Shown here: piece by piece, positions 54,394 to 62,903 of the stretch
Layout of the letters: the number at the start of each line of letters is the position of its first letter
How positions within the stretch are numbered: the first letter of the stretch is position 1
Source: Candidatus Peribacteria bacterium
GTDB taxonomy: Bacteria; Patescibacteriota; Gracilibacteria; Peribacterales; Peribacteraceae
Assembly: GCA_028286915.1 (NCBI GenBank)
Contig: JAQBQQ010000017.1
Location: 4,524-68,523, forward strand
DNA: 64,000 nucleotides
Reading direction: 5' to 3'
The notes under the pieces: model-generated
What the model was told of the DNA's origin: nothing
Databases searched by the model: none
Seen by the model: only the letters and a program-made list of their open reading frames with translations
Position numbers and translations under genes: made by a program

Positions 54394-54816
54394 TTAGGCT
54401 ACTTCAACACCCATGCTGCGGGCGGTGCCTATGACGATTTTTTTAGCGGCTTCAATATCGTTGGCATTTAAATCCGGCATCTTTCTTTCTGCGATAGCCG
54501 TTATCTGTGCCATGGTCAGCTTGCCTACTTTCTTCTTGTTTGGCTCGCCGCTACCGGACGTTATTTTGAGTTCCTGCTTAATAAGATCGGCCATTGCCGT
54601 TACTTTTACCTTAAAGGAGAAGCTGCGGTCGTCGTAGACGGTAATTTCAACCGGCAGCGACTGGCCCATGCGATCTTTGGTCTGTTCGTTGAATTGGCTG
54701 CAGAAACCGCCAATATCCACACCAGCCTGGCCCAATGCCGGACCCAGTGGCGGTGCAGGGTTTGCCTGACCTCCTTTTGCCTGAACTTTGATAACTTTCT
54801 TGATGGTTTTAGCCAT
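54394..54816 (-). CDS. rplK: 50S ribosomal protein L11
   Basis: [23 protein letters not shown] signature. 140 aa. Confidence 0.95.
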   Translation of the reverse strand: MAKTIKKVIKVQAKGGQANPAPPLGPALGQAGVDIGGFCSQFNEQTKDRMGQSLPVEITVYDDRSFSFKVKVTAMADLIKQELKITSGSGEPNKKKVGKLTMAQITAIAERKMPDLNANDIEAAKKIVIGTARSMGVEVA

Positions 54817-54825
54817 AGTGGATGG

Positions 54826-54853
54826 ATTGTAATGAAATCTTCGCGCAGGTCAA
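54826..54853 (-). promoter_or_regulatory. rplK promoter TTGACC-16-TACAAT, 9 nt from the ATG
   Basis: Minus-strand read: -35 at 54848-54853, -10 at 54826-54831, ATG 54816. Confidence 0.55.
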
Positions 54854-54974
54854 CGACAATTAGGAGAGTGGGCAGGCGGCAGGGCGTAGTGAGTGGTTCG
54901 TTTATGACAAAATATAGATATACTCATTTAATTTTAATCAAATTGGCATTTCTACAGCCTCCGCGTTTCACTGC

Positions 54975-55544
54975 TTACTGAGTCAGCTTATCAATAATCT
55001 TCTGTACCAGCTGATCCTGGCCGGCGGAAACGTGAAATTCGTAGAGGCGGTCCTGTATACGGATGAAAATGAGCCGCTCTTCACTTATGGCCGGATCCAG
55101 AAAGGTGAGGAAGTTATAAACGGGCCGGTCCGGCTGTGTGCGTGTTTCATCTTTTAAATCTTTCATCTGAGGCGAAAATGATGGCAATAAGGCATCTTTG
55201 ACGGCCAGAAAATACTCTTTGGCATTGGGGGACTGGACGTAGGAGAAGAGTGCAATCCGGTCATTGTTATATAGGAGAACAGTGGATTCCGCCGGAACTT
55301 CCTTGGGCACTACTTTGCGCAGCAGGCTCTGGGAGGCAGCCAGTTCGGCATCGCTGGTGGTAAGAGCAAGATCCTTATATATCTGCCTGAGGTCCGGGCC
55401 GGACTGTTTGATGACACCGGCTGCCTGTTGCGCGCCGGATGGAAGCAGCAGGTGATTCCCGTTAAAGACGGCATCGGCAGTACCAAGCAGTATGAGTGCC
55501 AGTATGCAGCCGCAGGTGAGCAGTACCGTGTGAAGACGATTCAT
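54975..55544 (-). CDS. hypothetical exported protein
   Basis: N-terminal signal/anchor (VLLTCGCILALILLG). No motif recognised. Confidence 0.45.
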   Translation of the reverse strand: MNRLHTVLLTCGCILALILLGTADAVFNGNHLLLPSGAQQAAGVIKQSGPDLRQIYKDLALTTSDAELAASQSLLRKVVPKEVPAESTVLLYNNDRIALFSYVQSPNAKEYFLAVKDALLPSFSPQMKDLKDETRTQPDRPVYNFLTFLDPAISEERLIFIRIQDRLYEFHVSAGQDQLVQKIIDKLTQ

Positions 55545-55640
55545 GGAATAAGATTCTACCGCACGTATGCGCGCGAAACCATTAAGAGGGCTTTCTTGGC
55601 CGGGCAGATGATGGTGCGGAATTTTTCTGTCCCGTCTGCA

Positions 55641-55668
55641 TTGGCCTCATGTTCTTGTCTGCTATGAT
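55641..55668 (+). promoter_or_regulatory. ruvB promoter TTGGCC-16-TATGAT, 8 nt from the ATG
   Basis: -35 at 55641-55646, -10 at 55663-55668, ATG 55677. Confidence 0.55.
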
Positions 55669-55676
55669 AGTTGCCT

Positions 55677-56726
55677 ATGGCGTTGCACAGAACAGATTCG
55701 GCGGCATCTTTAACGCAGCCGGTACCGCTGCCGGGTGAGCCGGCGCAGTTTGAGCAGTCGCTCCGGCCGCGCACGCTTACTGAGTATATTGGTCAGAGTA
55801 AAATAAAAGGTCATTTACTGATGCATATTCAGGCCGCAAAAGGCCGGCAGGAACCACTGGGACACACACTTTTGCACGGGCCGCCGGGGCTGGGGAAAAC
55901 TACGCTCGCCTTTATTCTGGCGCGCGAAATGGGAGCGAACATTCGCATTACCAGCGGGCCGACTCTGGAAAAGCCGGGCGATCTTGCTTCCATACTTAGT
56001 AACCTGCAGCAGGGCGACGCCCTCTTTATAGATGAGATTCACCGCCTGCGCCCCGTGGTAGAGGAGATGCTGTATAGCGCCATGGAGGATTACGCGCTGG
56101 ATCTGGTGATAGGCAAAGGGCCGACAGCCCGCTCCATGCGGTTGGCCATCAAGCCATTTACACTTATTGGCGCAACAACTAAAGCCGGTTCCATGAGTGC
56201 GCCGTTGCGTGACCGTTTCGTCAATCAGTTCAAGTTGAGTTTTTATGATATTCCGGAAATGCAGTTGGTTGTGGAGCGCTCCGCCGAGATTTTAGCCATG
56301 GCTGTTGATGCTCCCGCCGCCCATCGCATAGCTAAAAGCAGCCGCTTCACGCCGCGCATTGCCAACCGCCTGCTGCGTGCCGTGCGGGATTACGCGCAGG
56401 TGCAGGGCCGGGAGCGTATCGATATTGCGGCCGTGGAGCACACGTTGGATGCTCTGGAGATAGACGAAGACGGCTTCGATGCCACAGATCGCCTCATTTT
56501 GTCGGCCATTGTGGATATGTTTAACGGTGGCCCGGTTGGTTTGTCCACTATTGCCGCCGTACTGGCCGATGAAGAGGAAACGATTGAGGATGTATATGAA
56601 CCCTATTTGCTCCAACAGGGCTACATGCAACGGACGCCCAAAGGACGGGTAGCCACAAAGAAAGCGTACGAGAAGCTGGGGAGGGTGTTGCCGGAGGGAA
56701 TGCAGGCGACGATGTTTGAAGGATGA
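55677..56726 (+). CDS. ruvB: Holliday junction branch migration helicase RuvB
   Basis: RPRTLTEYIGQ, Walker A GPPGLGKTT, Walker B LFIDEIHR. Confidence 0.95.
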   Translation: MALHRTDSAASLTQPVPLPGEPAQFEQSLRPRTLTEYIGQSKIKGHLLMHIQAAKGRQEPLGHTLLHGPPGLGKTTLAFILAREMGANIRITSGPTLEKPGDLASILSNLQQGDALFIDEIHRLRPVVEEMLYSAMEDYALDLVIGKGPTARSMRLAIKPFTLIGATTKAGSMSAPLRDRFVNQFKLSFYDIPEMQLVVERSAEILAMAVDAPAAHRIAKSSRFTPRIANRLLRAVRDYAQVQGRERIDIAAVEHTLDALEIDEDGFDATDRLILSAIVDMFNGGPVGLSTIAAVLADEEETIEDVYEPYLLQQGYMQRTPKGRVATKKAYEKLGRVLPEGMQATMFEG

Positions 56727-56869
56727 TGAAGAGGAAATAGAAGAGATAGAGGAAATAGACGACTCGGCAGTGTCCATTTTCTCGTCGGCTTTGAGCAAGA
56801 AGCGAAGGCTGACGGGCATGATTGTTGATTTTATATATCGCTTACATTTTTCTGCTTTAAGATAAATAC

Positions 56870-57454
56870 ATGTCCGACTATAAAAATATCCTCGGGATGC
56901 TGTCTGTTTTTGTCGGACTTCTGGGAAGCTTTCCCTATATTCGGGATACTTTAAACAATAAAACCAAGCCGCATGCCATTTCATGGTTTGTCTGGTTTTT
57001 CTTAAGCGGTATCGCTTTCACGGCACAAATTCTTAGGCAAGGAGGCGCAGGTTCGTGGCTTTCCGCTTATGCATGCCTGTATTGTTTATTCATATTCATT
57101 TTGGCTCTTCGTAACAATCAAAAATCTTTTGTGTTGTTGGATTGGATTTCGCTAGTCGGATCTGTTGTTGCTTTGTTTGTATGGTGGCTGACAAAAGATC
57201 CAACAGGTTCAGTTATACTTATCACTATCATATATATGTGTGGTTATATTCCGACTATCCACAAAGGTTTCTATCAGCCTTATGAAGAAACGATTATTTC
57301 CTGGGCATTGGGTTCCGTCGAATTTGCATTTTCTCTGCTTGCACTTGGGTCCTATTCAATAGTGACAGGGCTGTATCCGTTTGCCGGGCTTATTGCCAAT
57401 GGCTTATTGGCTTTGATGTTGATCATACGCAGAAATCAATTATATAAAACATAG
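56870..57454 (+). CDS. integral membrane protein (6 TM)
   Basis: 194-aa hydrophobic ORF with its 3-prime end next to a convergent glycosyltransferase gene. Family not recognised. Confidence 0.5.
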   Translation: MSDYKNILGMLSVFVGLLGSFPYIRDTLNNKTKPHAISWFVWFFLSGIAFTAQILRQGGAGSWLSAYACLYCLFIFILALRNNQKSFVLLDWISLVGSVVALFVWWLTKDPTGSVILITIIYMCGYIPTIHKGFYQPYEETIISWALGSVEFAFSLLALGSYSIVTGLYPFAGLIANGLLALMLIIRRNQLYKT

Positions 57455-57457
57455 CGG

Positions 57458-58564
57458 TTAGTTCATCATTTTTTCAATATGCCGGTGAATTCCATCCTCA
57501 AACCTTTGTCTGGAAAACTGCTTCGCGTGATTTGTGCAGGCGTGTTTATCAAAATCCGATTTCTTGAAATGCGTGAGTGTTTCTGCCAGTGAGTCGGCAG
57601 ACGGCTGGGAAAAGAATAGTCCGGTTGTGCCATCCGCTACTGTTTCGGTTGCACCACCGGCGCGGTAGGCAATAACGGGTGTGCCGCTGGCCATGGCTTC
57701 TACCGGAACAAGGCCGAAGTCATCGTGACCGGGGAAGAGGACGGCATCAGCAGATGCGTACATGCTGCGGACATCTTCATTGGGAAGACGGCCGTGAAAA
57801 TGAATCGTCGGCCCGGCGAGTGACTGTAGGCGTGCGGCATCCGGGCCTTCGCCCACAATGTGTAATGTTTTTCTCAGCTTGTTACAGGCGAGAATGGCGA
57901 TATCAATGCACTTGTACCTGGCGAGCGTGGAGACAATTAAAAAATAAGGAGTGCCGGTATCAGTCTTTTTTTGTCCCGGTTCAAACCAGAAATCATCCAC
58001 CGGCGGGTAGAGGATAGTGCTGTCGCGGCGCCAGTATTGTTGTATGCGTCGTTGTACTTCGGTGGAATTTGCCAGCAGATAATCCGGGCGACTGGCAGTT
58101 TCCGTGTCCCATACGCGCAGTGCCGGCAGAATGCGCCGCAGGTAGGCTTGTCGCAGCGGGCCAGCTATTCCTTCACCGGCGCGTTCCTGCACTTCGTGCG
58201 TGCTGTCCCACAGGTAGCGGGCGGGGGAGTGCACATAGCATAGGTGCCGGGGCTTGCCATTGCTCATAATGCCGTGAGCAAAGGCCGAGCTACTGGAAAG
58301 TATTAAGTCAAACTCCGAAAAATCCCATGCCTCTACGGCCCTGGGAAATGCGGACAGATACAGATGATGATTTGTTGAAAAGCGAGCAAAGCGCTGCAGA
58401 CTGCTTGTCCGGACACGGCTGGCCGGAAACCATTCGCCAAGTTTCACTTCGTTATAGAGCAGCGTATACACCGGTGCGTCCGGGAACATATCGGCAAATA
58501 CGCGTGCCACGCGTTCGGCACCGCCGCGGACAGTAAGAAGTTCATGAACAATGGCAATTTTCAT
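57458..58564 (-). CDS. GT4-family (group 1) glycosyltransferase
   Basis: MKIAIVHELLTVRGGAERV N-terminus and C-terminal FPGHDDFGLVPVEAMASGTPVIA. Confidence 0.85.
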   Translation of the reverse strand: MKIAIVHELLTVRGGAERVARVFADMFPDAPVYTLLYNEVKLGEWFPASRVRTSSLQRFARFSTNHHLYLSAFPRAVEAWDFSEFDLILSSSSAFAHGIMSNGKPRHLCYVHSPARYLWDSTHEVQERAGEGIAGPLRQAYLRRILPALRVWDTETASRPDYLLANSTEVQRRIQQYWRRDSTILYPPVDDFWFEPGQKKTDTGTPYFLIVSTLARYKCIDIAILACNKLRKTLHIVGEGPDAARLQSLAGPTIHFHGRLPNEDVRSMYASADAVLFPGHDDFGLVPVEAMASGTPVIAYRAGGATETVADGTTGLFFSQPSADSLAETLTHFKKSDFDKHACTNHAKQFSRQRFEDGIHRHIEKMMN

Positions 58565-58660
58565 GGCGCAAGAATAGCAGGATTTTCCCCTGCAGGAGAG
58601 TGTTACCTTTTAAGGAATATTTGCAGCATTACCATGAATTACATTATCGGGCGCACCATG

Positions 58661-60790
58661 CTACAGGCCGTACTTTGTACTGAGGTATAATTCTACCGCC
58701 TGCCTGTTTGCCGTAGACAAGGCGCTGTTATAAGCGATGACTTCTGCAATTTCACCATTCAATGGTTCATTATAAATACCCACAGCACCCAGAGCGATTT
58801 TGCTCGGCGACGTTATGTTTGTATTTGAGCCGATAAGTGCTCCGCCCAGATAAAAGGAAGCGCCGGCGGATGTGCCGGATACGGAGGCATAGACGAATTG
58901 CCCGGACATGACTGAGGAACCATTAATGAAGGCGCTGTTGTAGAATTTATGCAGCCCGCTATACGGCCCGACAAGCCAGTTATTATCCACGCCTTGAACA
59001 GCGCGGCGGAGAGCACTTATACCGTTTGTATTGTAGACCACAAATACGGTGTATGGGTTTCCTATAATCGTTGTTGTTTTAAGTCCGTCATCCGTATTGT
59101 CCAGCTTAAGAGTTGAATTGGAGTTCAGAGCGGAAAGTTTTAGCAGCGGTCGTTTTGTAGTAGTAAGCTGGGTGGCATCGTTGCCGATACCGGATTGGTC
59201 TTTCCAGCAGCCGACAGGATTATTGGTGGCAGTGGCGACAACTGTGCAGGCACTGTCCTGGTACAGACCGGTATCAGCCTTAAGCCACAACTGCAAACCG
59301 GCGATATTATTCGGGGCAAATGTCACTGTTCCCGCGACAGGGAAAGTGAAGCTCGATTCGGTATCGGGATCATCACTGGTAATGGTTACTGTTCCGGTTT
59401 TTGCGCCGGCCGATACCGCCGCCATCTGCATAATGAATGTCCGTTCCGTATTGGCTGCAATGGTTGCGGCGGCTGGCTGTGTCGTAATGGTAAAGTCTGT
59501 GTTTGGGTTTGGAATTGAGAGCGATACCGTCAGTGTGGCATTGCCTGTATTTTGAATGGTAAACGTTTTGCTGACTGCCGTTCCGACAGGCGTGGTGCCG
59601 AAACTGATGGCTGTTCCCTGGGCATCGGTGATTGGTGTGCCGCTGCTGTTTGCTCCGTCAAAGAGCGCAATATCCGGCGCGGACACTGCTACTGTCCCCG
59701 ATACCGTGAAGTCGTAATTACTTTCATCTGAGTCATTGGTTGTAAATGAAATAGTGCTGTTGGGACTGCCGATGCTGGTCGCAGTCATGGTGATAGTGAA
59801 AGTCGTTGTGCCTCCCGCTACAATTGTCGTACTGCCGAAAGCACCAATGGTAAATGAGGCAGACGTACTGTTGGCAGTCGCAGGGGAGAGTGTAAGCGGC
59901 TGAGTTCCGGTGTTGCTGATTGTCAGTGTTTTTACAACGGGTGTATTTTGCGGCGTTGGGCCGAAAGACAAAGATCCGCCATCGGCAATATTGGCACTGC
60001 TTTCACTAACGGCGATTTCCGGAGCACCGATTGCAACGACGGTGCCACTTACATTTACCGTGTAGCTGCCTTCGTCTGCATCATTTGTCGTAAAGCTGAG
60101 TGTGCCGGACGGGGTGCCAACGCTTCCTGCAGTCATTGTTACGGTAAAAGTGGCTGTGCCGGCGGCGGCAATGGTAGTTGCGCTGAATGCAGAGACTGCA
60201 AAATTGCCAGTTATATCCGGCGTGGACGGCGATAATATGAGAGGGCTTGTGCCGGCATTTTGGACAGTAAATGTTTTGACGACAGCTGAGCCCTGCGGCG
60301 TGGATCCGAAGCTGTCAGTGGAACCACTGGCGATACTTATACTATTTTCAATCAGATTGATTTCCGGGGCACCGCTGATGGTGTTGCAAAGCGCGTCTGG
60401 CGGGCCGACATCAACCGTAGTTTTTCCTGTATTGGCGGCAATGACGCCTACCACGCCGCCATCTTTATACACCTTATAGCCCGTGTAGTTTGCGCACGGT
60501 TCTACCGGATCTACAGGCAAAGATGCAAAATATATTGGTATCAGTTGATCTAAATTGATGCAGCCTGAAATATTGGTAATGCCCGGTTTGCATATATATT
60601 TAGCCGTGGCTGCACTGGCAGGAAAACTGCCTGCCAGTGGGACATCGCCGTTATCAATAAGATATTGCAAAAGCGCTCCTCGTATCTGCTTACTGGCACT
60701 GACACGTTTGGCATCCTCCGTCTGCCTGAAAATTCTGGACGGGCCGATGAATGCAATAGTCACGCTGGCCAGTGTTCCAATAATGCCCAT
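58661..60790 (-). CDS. giant type-IV-pilin-like surface protein: three Ig-like (choice-of-anchor-D/ASH-type) repeats plus a C-terminal LamG domain
   Basis: Three roughly 95-aa repeats (FTVQNAGTSPLILS / LTISNTGTQPLTLS / FTIQNTGNATLTVS). LamG-type C-terminus (GEIAEVIAYNSALS). The frame stays open upstream through RRGFTLIELLIT. Confidence 0.7.
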   Translation of the reverse strand: MGIIGTLASVTIAFIGPSRIFRQTEDAKRVSASKQIRGALLQYLIDNGDVPLAGSFPASAATAKYICKPGITNISGCINLDQLIPIYFASLPVDPVEPCANYTGYKVYKDGGVVGVIAANTGKTTVDVGPPDALCNTISGAPEINLIENSISIASGSTDSFGSTPQGSAVVKTFTVQNAGTSPLILSPSTPDITGNFAVSAFSATTIAAAGTATFTVTMTAGSVGTPSGTLSFTTNDADEGSYTVNVSGTVVAIGAPEIAVSESSANIADGGSLSFGPTPQNTPVVKTLTISNTGTQPLTLSPATANSTSASFTIGAFGSTTIVAGGTTTFTITMTATSIGSPNSTISFTTNDSDESNYDFTVSGTVAVSAPDIALFDGANSSGTPITDAQGTAISFGTTPVGTAVSKTFTIQNTGNATLTVSLSIPNPNTDFTITTQPAAATIAANTERTFIMQMAAVSAGAKTGTVTITSDDPDTESSFTFPVAGTVTFAPNNIAGLQLWLKADTGLYQDSACTVVATATNNPVGCWKDQSGIGNDATQLTTTKRPLLKLSALNSNSTLKLDNTDDGLKTTTIIGNPYTVFVVYNTNGISALRRAVQGVDNNWLVGPYSGLHKFYNSAFINGSSVMSGQFVYASVSGTSAGASFYLGGALIGSNTNITSPSKIALGAVGIYNEPLNGEIAEVIAYNSALSTANRQAVELYLSTKYGL

Positions 60791-60995
60791 AGTTATAAGA
60801 AGTTCTATGAGCGTGAAGCCGCGTCGCTGTCTGAGTGTCCAATGCCTTGAGAGCAGGGAAGTACAGGAGCCGGACTGGCGGGTTCGTGACTGATGCAGGT
60901 GAAGTATTTGAATCTCACTATTATAGCTTATTTATGCCATTTTTTCAATATAGGCATAATTGAAATTATATCCTTTCTTGCTATAAGACATCTAT

Positions 60996-61024
60996 AAAAA
61001 GGCCACAGCACGGATGCTGTGGCC
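60996..61024 (-). terminator. rho-independent terminator downstream of the DUF1704 gene
   Basis: GGCCACAGCA-cgga-TGCTGTGGCC stem followed by T5 on the minus strand. A second 10-bp hairpin lies at 61050-61073. Confidence 0.7.
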
Positions 61025-61078
61025 AATTGTCCATTTGGCTGCTTGTAACCCGGCATTGATTTTTCAATGCCGGTCTCG

Positions 61079-62542
61079 TCAGTTGCTCTGCATGTCCTTG
61101 AGCATCTGCTCCACTAGCTCGTCGGCGACGTTGCGATCGGTGAACGGCAGGTCTTCGGGCTTAAGATCAATCCCGGCGAGGGAGAGAAGTCCATCCCGCG
61201 TCATGATCGCCGCTTCGTTGTAGTGACCGAAGCCAAGTGTCACGAGTCCTCGGTGTATGCGCTGGCCGCGCTCGTAGGCCAGATCCTTGGCCATCGCGTA
61301 GCCGTAGGGATTCGTGGTATCGATGTGGCCGCGCATGACGCGGTACGTCGTGTAGTACGCATCGTCCTTGCCGTCCTTCCATAGTGTCGGATCGATCTCC
61401 GAGCGCTGCGGGAGCGGCGTGCCCTTGGGAACCTTCAGCTTGACCCGCAGGTAGCGGTCAAGCTGGTCGCTGAACACATCATGGAAAGAGCCGCCCTGTT
61501 GCGCGTGTGCAACAGCGGTAGGGTAGGCGTAGGAGAAGATGCGATACTCCTCATCCGGCCCGAAGTACTCTTCCAGGCAGGCAATCTCCAGCGTCATGGC
61601 GAGCCCCTCGTAAAGCGTTTCATCGTCGCAGGTGAGCCGTCCGCCCCGGATGCCGAAGAGATCCCAACCGTTCTGCGCCTGCCGCGCGTGGCCTTCGATC
61701 TCGTGACGCGTTAAGACGATGATCCGCTGACCGGTACGGGAAGCTTTCTCCGGCAGGAAGACCGTCTGGCCTTGCAACGATCGATGCCGCACGTCGATGG
61801 CCGTGGTATCGCGGGAGACCACGACTGCGAAGCCGTGGCCACCACCCTCGCTGCGCAGGAGGTTGTAGCGTTCCAGCGCCGACGTGAAGATTTTCTGGAT
61901 CTCCTTCGCGTCGCACTTGCGATCCTTGAGGTAGCGCTTCTGCTCTTCTGTGAGCCTGCCTTTGGATGGAGATTGCGAGAGGAGCTCGGTCTTTGGCATC
62001 GTTGCCGACTCGAACTCCTGCTCGGCGCGCTGGAGCAGGTCATCATCGGGCTGCCAGTACTTGCTTTCGAGTGCACGCTTGGTGAGCGCATCGCCCATGA
62101 GGTTGTCCACTGCGCGCCCCGCGAGTCCATCCACCATGTCGCAGGTGGCCAAGTCGTCGCGGATCTTCTCCATGAGCGCCGAGCCGAACCACTGTGCCGG
62201 ATGCGTGGATTGCGAAGCGCTCCTGAACCTGCGCTCCAGTTCTTGCAGGCGCATCCGAGCGCTCTGCATATCCGTCCGCTGCGCGTAGGAGTATGTAAAC
62301 TGGGGATTGTAGGTTTCCCCCTTGTCAAACGCCTCCATGAAACGTTGTTCCTCGCGCTCGCGGCCATCGGCGTCGGCGGTGTAGAACTCAACGGCATTCC
62401 AGTCGCCGGAGATCTCCATCACCTCCGTCGCAATCTCCCGTAGCGTCTCCGGCACCTCCTTGAGGGCCGAGACGGGGAGGAGCTCTCGCGTCGCCTGCCT
62501 CCTCTGAAGGAAGGCCTGCACCGTCGGGTCTTGTACGGACAT
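61079..62542 (-). CDS. DUF1704 / MATCAP-like zinc metallocarboxypeptidase-family protein (QEGLA-motif family)
   Basis: HEIEGH (HExxH) followed by YEGLAM (QEGLA-type motif). ATG at 62542 is preceded by AAGGAG at 8 nt. About 70% GC in a sampled segment. Confidence 0.65.
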   Translation of the reverse strand: MSVQDPTVQAFLQRRQATRELLPVSALKEVPETLREIATEVMEISGDWNAVEFYTADADGREREEQRFMEAFDKGETYNPQFTYSYAQRTDMQSARMRLQELERRFRSASQSTHPAQWFGSALMEKIRDDLATCDMVDGLAGRAVDNLMGDALTKRALESKYWQPDDDLLQRAEQEFESATMPKTELLSQSPSKGRLTEEQKRYLKDRKCDAKEIQKIFTSALERYNLLRSEGGGHGFAVVVSRDTTAIDVRHRSLQGQTVFLPEKASRTGQRIIVLTRHEIEGHARQAQNGWDLFGIRGGRLTCDDETLYEGLAMTLEIACLEEYFGPDEEYRIFSYAYPTAVAHAQQGGSFHDVFSDQLDRYLRVKLKVPKGTPLPQRSEIDPTLWKDGKDDAYYTTYRVMRGHIDTTNPYGYAMAKDLAYERGQRIHRGLVTLGFGHYNEAAIMTRDGLLSLAGIDLKPEDLPFTDRNVADELVEQMLKDMQSN

Positions 62543-62615
62543 GTGTTCATCTCCTTTGTCATACAGGTGTTGGGAACCAAGGTATTTCTGTACCTCGGTA
62601 GTGCTGCTCACCTGT

Positions 62616-62662
62616 CACAGCAGCAAATTAAGCACATGCAATATGCGTAAGTTGCTGCTGTG
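62616..62662. repeat. 11-bp perfect inverted repeat at the upstream edge of the GC-rich gene
   Basis: CACAGCAGCAA (62616-62626) and TTGCTGCTGTG (62652-62662). Confidence 0.5.
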
Positions 62663-62903
62663 GCTTGTTACGAAACAACCAGTGCTGTGAATGGACAATG
62701 ATTACAGAAAATCTGCAATATTATTAAAATAAATCTGCTATAATGCTTAGTCAATTCAAAGGTCCATAAACTCTGAAATTCATCCTTTTTGATGCGTAAG
62801 CCGTGGAATGTTCTGCTGCTCGATCTGCAGACCATTAAAGCGCTATGGTTTTTTATATGTGCTTACCTGGTAAATTTTTTGAAAGTATTGTATAATATAA
62901 ATT

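Noticed and set aside
59300-60400. Periodic repeats that might have been a CRISPR array or tandem DNA repeat
   Set aside because: The periodicity is at the protein level (three roughly 95-aa Ig-like domains with diverged DNA), inside a continuous ORF. There are no short identical direct repeats with unique spacers.
61711-62443. Long overlapping ORFs on both strands (228 aa minus, 223 aa plus) inside the GC-rich region
   Set aside because: High GC suppresses stop codons in all frames. Only the 61079-62542 frame contains the HExxH and EGLA motifs and an SD-preceded ATG.
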